DNA of 36,588 nucleotides, taken from positions 1 through 36,588 of the forward strand of contig JANLHF010000016.1 of the NCBI GenBank assembly GCA_024653825.1, read 5' to 3'. The notes under the pieces are model-generated. The model saw nothing but the letters and a program-made list of their open reading frames with translations, made no database searches and was not told the origin of the DNA. This document shows positions 27,047-34,401 of the stretch, in pieces. The position numbers and the translations under genes are program-made. Each line of letters opens with the position of its first letter. Positions within the stretch are counted from its first letter, which is position 1. This DNA is from Patescibacteria group bacterium (GTDB lineage: Bacteria > Patescibacteriota > Minisyncoccia > Phycocordibacterales > Phycocordibacteraceae).

Positions 27047-27949
27047 TCACTGAGCGTAGTGGTCGAGGATAGCTTGGATTCCCTTCTGGTTCTGGGTCCA
27101 TTCGGTATCAGTATGATTCGTGAGGAGGACGCTAATCGCGGGGACCTGCATCTTGGCGAGCCAGTTGACCATATCGCCAGGTATCGCATTGAAGTCATAA
27201 CTCGCGTTTGAGGTATAGCCGGCGGCCTTGGCGTAGAGATCGGTGAGCGTGAGCGTCTCGGGCAATACGCCATTATGACAACTTGAGGCGAACACACCGC
27301 CTGCGGCGGCATACCATGCGACAACCGCCTTCGGCTTATTGTTTCCAACATAACCCCTGATCGCTTGGCTCTCGGGTTCGGAGAATGCTCCCGTTCCTCC
27401 ACTTATCGTCTTACCCTGCCAGATCGAAGTCTTCTGCCAGCCGCAGTCAAAGTTCCGGTTAAGGTCCACTGTATTCGCGTTAAAGCGTCCGGCGATTTGT
27501 GCCTCGGTCGAGGGGGCAACGTCCGCTTTGGTGAAGCTTGCGGTCGTCGTGCCGACGACTGCGGTGAGTCCGTCCGGATTCAAAACTGGGATGACCGTCA
27601 CTTTCAAATTACTCGGAATAACATCCAGATTATTCTTGAAATACTCCATCGTCTTGTACGCGAGAAGCGCGGTGTTCCAGATATAACCACCCTGTATGTC
27701 GCCGACAAACAAGATCTCGTCAGTTCCGGTGCCGAAGTGGTATGCCGTGATGTCACGACCCTCTACTGATTTACCGATGATGGTTTCTGCACTGTTCATC
27801 ACGGTCGTCGTGCTTTGGTCATTGCCGAGCGTCTGAGTCGTATCTACTCCCGGCGTTACGGCCGTGTTTGGCGGAGAACTGCGGGTGAAGACGTACACGC
27901 TGAAGCCGATAATAACGATAACAAGTACGGCGATAATGGTATTTTTCAT
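27047..27949 (-). CDS. Membrane-anchored M14 peptidase paralog lacking catalytic residues
   Basis: Same fold motifs (NPDG, DLNRNFDC, FSEPE) but DIQGGYI, WYA and SVLL; start 27949 lies 9 nt after TACAAT. Confidence 0.85.
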   Translation of the reverse strand: MKNTIIAVLVIVIIGFSVYVFTRSSPPNTAVTPGVDTTQTLGNDQSTTTVMNSAETIIGKSVEGRDITAYHFGTGTDEILFVGDIQGGYIWNTALLAYKTMEYFKNNLDVIPSNLKVTVIPVLNPDGLTAVVGTTTASFTKADVAPSTEAQIAGRFNANTVDLNRNFDCGWQKTSIWQGKTISGGTGAFSEPESQAIRGYVGNNKPKAVVAWYAAAGGVFASSCHNGVLPETLTLTDLYAKAAGYTSNASYDFNAIPGDMVNWLAKMQVPAISVLLTNHTDTEWTQNQKGIQAILDHYAQ

Positions 27950-27986
27950 AAGAGGTTCATTGTACCAAGAATCCCTTGCGTATGCG

Positions 27987-28892
27987 TCAATCGAAAATAT
28001 TGATGAGGTATGCGTCAATTGCCCGTTGGTCCATATCGTAGAACTGTAAGCCGTTGTTGTGGAGAGAGGTCGCGAGCTTCACTCCAACAAAACGCCAGTG
28101 CCACGGCTCGTAGACGTAATAAGCGTTGCCCTTCGGGTACGAAAGCACGAAGCCGTAGCGATAGGCGTTCGCAAGAAGCCAAGGATAGCTTGTCGTGCTG
28201 TCAAATCCGTCGAGGGTACCACCGATGCCGGTCGTGATGAGGTCAATAGTTGTGCCGAGTTGGTGTTCTGAATAGCCCTGGTCTGCAGAAAATGAGTTAG
28301 CGGTACCAGCGCCGTAGACGACCGTATATAAGGACTTCAGCGACTGTTGCTCGCCGAACGAACGGTATGCAGAACTGACGTAGAGGGTAATACCGTCTGC
28401 CTTTGCCGCGTTGATGAGTTTATTCAGAAATGGCCACGCCTCTATGATGATCTGCTCGGGTTTCGTTTCGGTGTAGAGATACTCCTTCGGTATGCTGACG
28501 AGACGCGCCGGCAAATAATTTTCGTTCAGGAAAGATACCTTGGAGTATTTTTTCAGAAGTTCGGGGTCTATCTGCGAGAGTTTCTGGAGCGAGCCAACCG
28601 CGCCGGAGATAGAACCGACCGTTTGTTCAACACCGCCGACTTTTGTATTCACTGCATCAATGTTTTGTTGCGCGCTAGAGAGCGTATTGGAGAGTCCGGC
28701 TGTCTGCGAGCGCAGGTCTGTGACATTTCGTGCAATATGGTCCGCGTTCTGCGAAAGCGCCGCAGTGGTAGATGCCAGCTCGGTCGTGAGAAGGCCGATA
28801 TCCTCTGAGAGCGCGGAAATCCGCACGAAGGCGTATATGAGAACCCCGCCGAGCAGGACAAATACGACCACTGCGGGAACTATGTTCGGCAC
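27987..28892 (-). CDS. M15B (VanY-like) carboxypeptidase with TM anchor and coiled-coil stalk
   Basis: SAYRS, SEHQLG..D, WL..NAY.YGF, YEPWHWRFVG; start may extend to 28919. Confidence 0.92.
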   Translation of the reverse strand: MPNIVPAVVVFVLLGGVLIYAFVRISALSEDIGLLTTELASTTAALSQNADHIARNVTDLRSQTAGLSNTLSSAQQNIDAVNTKVGGVEQTVGSISGAVGSLQKLSQIDPELLKKYSKVSFLNENYLPARLVSIPKEYLYTETKPEQIIIEAWPFLNKLINAAKADGITLYVSSAYRSFGEQQSLKSLYTVVYGAGTANSFSADQGYSEHQLGTTIDLITTGIGGTLDGFDSTTSYPWLLANAYRYGFVLSYPKGNAYYVYEPWHWRFVGVKLATSLHNNGLQFYDMDQRAIDAYLINIFD

Positions 28893-28944
28893 GAGACTTT
28901 TGAAATCTTGGTGTTCTATAGACGAAGTATAGCACCCTGCATTT

Positions 28945-29589
28945 TTACGGATAATCTCGACCGTCGCCTAGGATAGGTATCTTGTCGCCCAGATATTTTG
29001 GCCTCGTATGAAAGACGACATCGAAGAGCGCCTTCTCGTTTGAAAATATTTCGCGGGCATAATTGTGGAAAAGGATGTGACCACTGTCCGCATTGACGCC
29101 ATAGACGTCTATCCCGAGTTCGCGCGCAATGAAGAGCGCGCGCGGTAGGTGGAACGACTGCGTCGCGATGAGCATAGAGGAAACACCGAAGATAGCGCTG
29201 GCGCGATACATACTGCTGTAGGTATCAAAGCCCGCGTGGTCAAGGAAAATGTCTTCATCCGGAATACCCTTCTCAAGCAGGTAGAGGTGCACCGGATTCA
29301 CTTCGTTGTGACTCACGGTACTGTTGTCGCCGGAGACGAGTATCTTCGCTACTTTCTCCGCGTTATACAAAGCAATCGCCGTGTCCACGCGGTCTATGAA
29401 GATGGGTGAGGGCTTACCGTTCGCAAGAATCGCCGCACCGGGGATCAGCACGGCTTCGGCGCTTGGCGCGACAGCCACGCTTTGATAAATGTACATATAC
29501 GTCGAGAGCACAATGTAGGTATTGACGAGGAGGATGAACGCGGCAAGCGCCACGACGCCGAATATGCCGATGGAGATGACGCGCTTCAT
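28945..29589 (-). CDS. SanA/YdcF (DUF218) family protein
   Basis: PGA..., DRVD.A..LY, LVSGDN, NEV, DHAGFDTYSSMYRA, TQ.FHLPRALF. Confidence 0.92.
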   Translation of the reverse strand: MKRVISIGIFGVVALAAFILLVNTYIVLSTYMYIYQSVAVAPSAEAVLIPGAAILANGKPSPIFIDRVDTAIALYNAEKVAKILVSGDNSTVSHNEVNPVHLYLLEKGIPDEDIFLDHAGFDTYSSMYRASAIFGVSSMLIATQSFHLPRALFIARELGIDVYGVNADSGHILFHNYAREIFSNEKALFDVVFHTRPKYLGDKIPILGDGRDYP

Positions 29590-29625
29590 GCCACCCAGTA
29601 TACGCCGTTAATGAGGCACCTGGTA

Positions 29626-29654
29626 CAAACGGCTCAGACCGTCTGAGCCGTTTG
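29626..29654. repeat. REP-like palindrome, copy 1
   Basis: CAAACGGCTCAGAC-C-GTCTGAGCCGTTTG, perfect 14 bp arms. Confidence 0.85.
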
Positions 29655-29665
29655 GAATGGCTTAG

Positions 29666-29977
29666 TTAGGCCACTTTATAAGAGACGTTTTTCCCCGTAT
29701 CGCCCACCTGACTGATGCGCCCGGCACTTTCAAGCTCTTGTAGATAGCGCTCCGCCGTCGCGTCAGAGACGCTAAGGAGCGCCTGCACGCCGTCGTTGGT
29801 GATGATCCCCTTCTGCTGAATCTCCGCGAACACCTTCTCCACCGCGGAGCGCTTCGCGGCGGCGCGCTCCTCGTTCAGCGCATACGCACTCGTGTCCGCC
29901 GTCTTGCCCCGCCGTGCTATATACATCCCGATCGCGACCCCGACCACTCCGACAAGAACTAATACAAAGTAGTTCAT
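29666..29977 (-). CDS. Membrane-anchored winged-HTH protein (DUF977/DeoR-HTH-like)
   Basis: N-terminal TM, ITND.VQ.LL.VSDATAERYLQELE..G.I.QVG.TG..V.Y. Confidence 0.85.
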   Translation of the reverse strand: MNYFVLVLVGVVGVAIGMYIARRGKTADTSAYALNEERAAAKRSAVEKVFAEIQQKGIITNDGVQALLSVSDATAERYLQELESAGRISQVGDTGKNVSYKVA

Positions 29978-30081
29978 ATAAATATAGTATCATCCGCCGC
30001 CCGCTCCGCGGGCGGCGAACGGGACAAAACCTACCGGGATTCAGGATTTTCCGAAATATTGTGACTGTCCCCATTTCTCAG

Positions 30082-30104
30082 AAAAAGCCCCACCGGAGTG
30101 GGGC
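30082..30104 (-). terminator. Intrinsic terminator with no coding gene upstream
   Basis: GCCCCAC-TCCG-GTGGGGC-TTTTT on minus strand. Confidence 0.75.
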
Positions 30105-30187
30105 CTGACGCGTCGACAACAGCCCTAGTCTTGAGCAAGGACTCCCCTTGCTCATTGTGGTAACGAACGGCCTGTCGTGAGTGAATC

Positions 30188-30214
30188 GAACGGCTCAGAC
30201 CATCTGAGCCGTTC
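30188..30214. repeat. REP-like palindrome, copy 2
   Basis: GAACGGCTCAGA-CCA-TCTGAGCCGTTC. Confidence 0.85.
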
Positions 30215-30254
30215 AAAACAGCACCGCGGTAATCCGCGGCGGGTTGTGGTAGAA

Positions 30255-30346
30255 AATAAAAACCCCGGCGGTCTGCCGAGGTAGGTACTGCGCTGGCTTC
30301 CACAGAGTGGGATCCTATACAAAACGAGGATTTGGCCAGCGCAGTT
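30255..30346 (-). ncRNA. Candidate ~90 nt small RNA (three-way junction plus terminator), family not recognised
   Basis: Promoter upstream; P1 ACTGCGCTGGC/GCCAGCGCAGT, P2 ATCCT/AGGAT, P3 CCAC/GTGG; terminator ACCTCGGC-AGACC-GCCGGGGT-TTTTATTTT. Confidence 0.6.
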
Positions 30347-30351
30347 TCTCG

Positions 30352-30380
30352 ATGTTAATCGCCTGTGTATCTATTGTCAA
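30352..30380 (-). promoter_or_regulatory. Sigma70 promoter TTGACA-17-TAACAT
   Basis: Consensus -35 (30375-30380), 17 nt spacer, -10 (30352-30357); predicted start at the first base of P1. Confidence 0.7.
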
Positions 30381-30395
30381 GAAAAACACCGTTAG

Positions 30396-30791
30396 TTATC
30401 TATTTAAATACGTGATGGTGAGCTGGAGCACGGTCGCAAACGAAACCCAGAGGAGGTACGGGATGTTGGCGAGGGCGACCCATTTGATATACGGGTAGAT
30501 AGCCATAAGCGCCCAGATGAGGGTGCCCAGGATAAGGAGGATGTCTACGGAGGCGAGAGTGTAATTTTTAAGCCCGAATTGAAGATATGTGTAGGAGAAG
30601 TTGAAGACGAGATTGAGAGCGAACGGCAGCGCGACCTTCCAGGGCAAGGCTCCCGTAAACGCTTTATAAAACACGGTCCCATAGGTCACCGCGATAATCG
30701 CGTAGAGAATCGTCCACACCGGCCCAAAGACCCAGCTCGGTGGCGACCAGCTCGGTTTAATTAATTCTTGATATGAGGTGTAGGTGTTCAT
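30396..30791 (-). CDS. tspO: TspO/MBR tryptophan-rich sensory protein
   Basis: Y..LIKPSWSPPSWVFGPVWTILY, LNL.FN, IPYLLWVSFAT.L. Confidence 0.93.
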   Translation of the reverse strand: MNTYTSYQELIKPSWSPPSWVFGPVWTILYAIIAVTYGTVFYKAFTGALPWKVALPFALNLVFNFSYTYLQFGLKNYTLASVDILLILGTLIWALMAIYPYIKWVALANIPYLLWVSFATVLQLTITYLNR

Positions 30792-30809
30792 TACCCGAAT
30801 ACTACCACC

Positions 30810-31547
30810 CTACTTACACGCGCCTACGAGGTACGAATTAACGAGCGGATTCTTGCAGGCGTTACAGGAATTGGAGAAGGTCTCCTGTATCGGGTCGCAA
30901 GGTGTCGTTATGCATTGAATCTGTACCGTGGCGCAGACCGGCGTGTAGTCTGCGGTACAGACGTCGGCATTTCTTTGTTCTGGTGTGCAGTACCCGCCCT
31001 TGCTCGCGTCCGCTTCGCCTTCAAAATTTTGTACCACAATGCCGAACTGGAGCGTCACGGGGTCGAGTTTGAGATAGAGACTCTTCCCCTCTCTCGGCTG
31101 GGCCGTCATCGGTTCACCTGCTTTGCGGTCGGCATAATTGACGATGAGTTTCCCGTCCCGTATCTCGGTCGTCTGCGGAGCGATACGATCGCCGAGCAGG
31201 ACGGCGTCCGTGCCCTTGTAGCTGCCGTCCGCGGCTACAATCGTCGCGACGACGTAGTAAAAGGTGCCGCTTCCTCCGGTATTTTGCGTAAGCAGGAACG
31301 CGACGTCCGGCAAACTGTCGCCATTTAAGTCTCCCGTCGCGACATTGCCGAAGTACTGTGTGACAACCTTTTCCGCCGAGCCCGGTGCGCCGTCAGTCTC
31401 TGCACGGCCGTTTACGAGCGTCACCGGTTGACCGTTGATGATGAATGTTGGAGCCGGAACAGCAGACTGTCTCCCACTCGTCCAATACCATGCTCCGCCC
31501 ACGACGATAAGCACGCCAACGAGTCCGACGATTGTGGATGTTTTCAT
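30810..31547 (-). CDS. Membrane-anchored surface protein with C-terminal Cys-rich (Kazal-like) domain
   Basis: N-terminal TM, GDLNGD..D, GGSGTFYY, LGDRIAPQ; CTADYTPVC...CITTPC...TFSNSCNAC...GAC. Confidence 0.8.
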   Translation of the reverse strand: MKTSTIVGLVGVLIVVGGAWYWTSGRQSAVPAPTFIINGQPVTLVNGRAETDGAPGSAEKVVTQYFGNVATGDLNGDSLPDVAFLLTQNTGGSGTFYYVVATIVAADGSYKGTDAVLLGDRIAPQTTEIRDGKLIVNYADRKAGEPMTAQPREGKSLYLKLDPVTLQFGIVVQNFEGEADASKGGYCTPEQRNADVCTADYTPVCATVQIQCITTPCDPIQETFSNSCNACKNPLVNSYLVGACK

Positions 31548-31557
31548 AGAGGAAAGA

Positions 31558-32550
31558 CTAAGAAACCGAAGCGTGTAAGCGGGGGCGATCGCCCATGAAG
31601 GAGAGAAGTGCGAGGATGGCGAAGATGGTCGGCATCCAGTAGCCCGGCAGGTAGAGGAGGGCGATATCCCAGAAGCTTATCCACTGGATAGAGACGGTGC
31701 CGTTGACCGTCGCCACGTTTGCGAGCAATGTTGCGTCTTGTGTCTGCACCGCCTTCTGCCACGTCTTCGCGTAGCTGATATTCGCGTCTGCGTTGCTTAG
31801 GTTCTGTGTGTATGCGGTGTTCTCTTTGGCGAGCTGGACCTGGAGAAGTGTCTTTGCGCTCTCGGTTGTGTTCGCATCGTCTATTTGAGCCTGAAGCGAC
31901 TGCACCGTTCCTGCGTGTGCATTGATAATCTTCTGTCGCGCCGTCGTGTAGTCGGCGAGCGCCTGGTCGGCCTGCTTCTGCTGTTCTTCGATACTTACCT
32001 TCTGCGACAACATATTCTGCGAGGAGATATCGAGCTTCAAGAAACGGCTGCCCACAAGGTCTTCAAGTTCGGCGCGAAAGGCGTCGTACTTGGCCTCGGG
32101 AAGTGCGAAGCTTACGTAGCCGTACTTATCAGAGCTGGACTCGTTGTCGATACGGCCGTCGTAGCCGCGCACAGTCGTCTCGACACGGCGCGTGAGCGCA
32201 GGCACGTCGCGCGTCTGCATCGTCGCGTTGTAATAAATCTTTAAGAACTCGCGTGTATCGCTTACCGGCACGTCCGGACTTGGATAGGGGTACGGATAGT
32301 AATCGGGGCGCATCATAGCGCCCGCAGAACTTGTGACACTGCCGTCCATCATCGGCACGCCGCCGCCGGAATTGGGCGGTACTGCCTTGGTGTCAGAGTA
32401 TTCCATCATCCCCCCGCCAAATCCCATCCGAGTTGCGTATTGCGCGCTCGGATTAGAAACCGCAAAAAAAGTGATAACTGCGAGGAGTGCGAGCACAATA
32501 GTGATCCACGAGACGTAGCCAGGCAAGAAACCAAGTTTGTTGTTGTTCAT
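31558..32550 (-). CDS. DUF4349-like membrane protein
   Basis: N-terminal TM, Met/Gly/Pro linker, G.I..E....V.F.LP..KYD.F domain, coiled coil, C-terminal TM. Confidence 0.75.
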   Translation of the reverse strand: MNNNKLGFLPGYVSWITIVLALLAVITFFAVSNPSAQYATRMGFGGGMMEYSDTKAVPPNSGGGVPMMDGSVTSSAGAMMRPDYYPYPYPSPDVPVSDTREFLKIYYNATMQTRDVPALTRRVETTVRGYDGRIDNESSSDKYGYVSFALPEAKYDAFRAELEDLVGSRFLKLDISSQNMLSQKVSIEEQQKQADQALADYTTARQKIINAHAGTVQSLQAQIDDANTTESAKTLLQVQLAKENTAYTQNLSNADANISYAKTWQKAVQTQDATLLANVATVNGTVSIQWISFWDIALLYLPGYWMPTIFAILALLSFMGDRPRLHASVS

Positions 32551-32582
32551 AGTGCCATGCTACCATTTTCCGCGCGTTGGCA

Positions 32583-32631
32583 AAAAGCGCCCCGCGAGAT
32601 GGCGGCTTTGCCTATCTCGCGGGGCGCTTTT
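32583..32631. terminator. Long hairpin, probable terminator
   Basis: AAAAGCGCCCCGCGAGAT / ATCTCGCGGGGCGCTTTT, 18 bp perfect arms. Confidence 0.75.
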
Positions 32632-32649
32632 GCTACACGTTTCAATTAT

Positions 32650-33783
32650 TTACCTCCACCCCTGAAGCATCTCCCACTTGATGGATGCTATTACACCTAT
32701 CGCGATGAGACTGATGATTGCCTGCACGAGCCATCCGATAAACGGAACGAATCCGAGAAGCTGGAAGACGAACACGCCGAGCAATATGGTCTTCCATGAG
32801 ATCTCCAGATCATCGGGTGAGAAATATCTCCACACAACGCTCCCGATGATAATCGGCGCGACGATACAGGTGAACAACATAAGCGCGATAAGGCCTATGA
32901 TGCCCAGAATCCCGAACGGTATGCCGAGTACGGTTATCATCAGTACGACCGACACGATAGGGAGCGCGACAAGAACGAGGAACCCTCTGCCGAGCTCGAC
33001 GAGCGGGCGCGCCGTCGCTCGCGTGACAACCTCGGTCGTGTATCGACGAAGTAGAAGACCGACGATGAGCGCGCACACGAGTATGACGAGGAATTTACCG
33101 ATGACCCATGCGGAGATGATCCCGAATATGAGACCGGGAGACACCGCCTGTTTCTTCACGAGCGGCGTATACTTCACCTCCCCGCGCACCTCTGCCCCGT
33201 CCTCCTTGGTGAGCTCACCCTTTGCCTCGTAAGAAAGATCTCCGTAAATTATCGCCGAAGGACCGAGCGTCACCTTGTTTGCCTTAAAGATGGTAACCGC
33301 GCCTGTGATCGGCGCATTGATGTAGATACTTCCACCGCCGACCTTCAGACTGCCCGCGATCGGCGCGTCTATCCGAACCGTGCCAGCGCCCATCAATACG
33401 TCTCCACCGACACCGGCTCCGCCGATGTTCACCTGCCCACCACCTACAATGACGTCGCCACCCACCTTGCCTAGTATGACGACGTTGCCACCGCCGACCC
33501 GCGCGTCGTCGCCAACATTTCCGCTGATAGTGACATTACCTCCGCCTGCTGCCACATCTATTCCTACATTTCCGCTGATAGTGACATTACCTCCGCCTGC
33601 CACGAGGTCGCCAGCGACTGTTCCTGCGCTTGTGACACTAGGGCCGAAGAGGTACACATCGCCTGCAATATTCTCACTTGCAAGCACCGCCGGCTGTTCG
33701 CCCGTGCGGAACTCTGCCGCAAGAGTAGTCAGAGGGGCGATAAGCGCTACCGCAACCGCTCCATACAATAAAGTCTTTTTCAT
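32650..33783 (-). CDS. Bactofilin-like beta-helix repeat protein with C-terminal multi-TM domain
   Basis: Signal peptide, 17-aa repeats GD...GG.V.I.G.V, ~5 C-terminal TM ending VPFIGW. Confidence 0.85.
   Translation of the reverse strand: MKKTLLYGAVAVALIAPLTTLAAEFRTGEQPAVLASENIAGDVYLFGPSVTSAGTVAGDLVAGGGNVTISGNVGIDVAAGGGNVTISGNVGDDARVGGGNVVILGKVGGDVIVGGGQVNIGGAGVGGDVLMGAGTVRIDAPIAGSLKVGGGSIYINAPITGAVTIFKANKVTLGPSAIIYGDLSYEAKGELTKEDGAEVRGEVKYTPLVKKQAVSPGLIFGIISAWVIGKFLVILVCALIVGLLLRRYTTEVVTRATARPLVELGRGFLVLVALPIVSVVLMITVLGIPFGILGIIGLIALMLFTCIVAPIIIGSVVWRYFSPDDLEISWKTILLGVFVFQLLGFVPFIGWLVQAIISLIAIGVIASIKWEMLQGWR
33515..33600. repeat. 35 bp perfect direct repeat, 51 bp period, intragenic
   Basis: ACATTTCCGCTGATAGTGACATTACCTCCGCCTGC at 33515-33549 and 33566-33600 (AGGGNVTISGNVG twice). 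Confidence 0.9.
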
Positions 33784-33845
33784 ACGGACATGAGATTATC
33801 TTTTACTAATATCTCTGAGTATATACCCCGCATAAGGAAAGGGAG

Positions 33846-33870
33846 AACGGCTCAGACGGTCTGAGCCGTT
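33846..33870. repeat. REP-like palindrome, copy 3 (inverted relative to copy 1)
   Basis: AACGGCTCAGAC-G-GTCTGAGCCGTT. Confidence 0.85.
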
Positions 33871-33936
33871 TGACAACAGGGACAATAGGAATACAGTGCG
33901 GGTGGAAAGTAGTCCAACAAACCGATGGAGGTCCTT

Positions 33937-34326
33937 GTGAAACGTTTTATATTCTCCATATTCCTCTGCAGTATGTTCACGCCCGGACTCGCAAGGAGCG
34001 CCGACGAACCGGAATATCAGATTATCCCGCTCACGGCGGAAGTGATGAAGGCCGCCAACGACAAAGGGTGGACGACGTGCGGAGAATACTTCGTCGCGCT
34101 CGAAGGACCAAGCATGAAGGCCGTCCTTTTTTCTTTCGAAGGATTCAGCCTCAGCTATCCGTTCACGGGATTCCTCTTCGTTGACGTCGAGATGATTAAG
34201 CCCTCGGTAAGCAGTACGACTAAAGGACTCACCGTCGCCGACTCGGATGTGGGATACATTCTCAAGATGAACATTAAGGATTACAAAATCGCTCTCCCCT
34301 GCCTCGGCAAGGGCGAGAAGGCATGA
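33937..34326 (+). CDS. Secreted hypothetical protein
   Basis: GGAGG SD before GTG 33937, signal peptide, own TTGACA promoter and terminator. Confidence 0.7.
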   Translation: MKRFIFSIFLCSMFTPGLARSADEPEYQIIPLTAEVMKAANDKGWTTCGEYFVALEGPSMKAVLFSFEGFSLSYPFTGFLFVDVEMIKPSVSSTTKGLTVADSDVGYILKMNIKDYKIALPCLGKGEKA

Positions 34327-34341
34327 GAGGCGCGCGACCGG

Positions 34342-34376
34342 GCCGTGATTCGCAGAGCGAATTACGGCTTTTTGTT
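34342..34376 (+). terminator. Intrinsic terminator
   Basis: GCCGTGATTCGC-AGA-GCGAATTACGGC-TTTTTGTT. Confidence 0.8.
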
Positions 34377-34401
34377 GCACTAGAGCTTGTTGGAATAAGA
34401 A

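Noticed and set aside
29772-30303. ORFs 30031-30303, 29772-30074 and 29914-30108
   Set aside because: They cross terminators and palindromes, have no SD or leaderless signal, and show no protein-like pattern.
30255-30346. Assignment to a known riboswitch or hammerhead ribozyme
   Set aside because: No CUGANGA/GAAA core or purine/TPP/SAM-I/c-di-GMP signature visible, and the terminator does not overlap P1, so no switch mechanism is evident.
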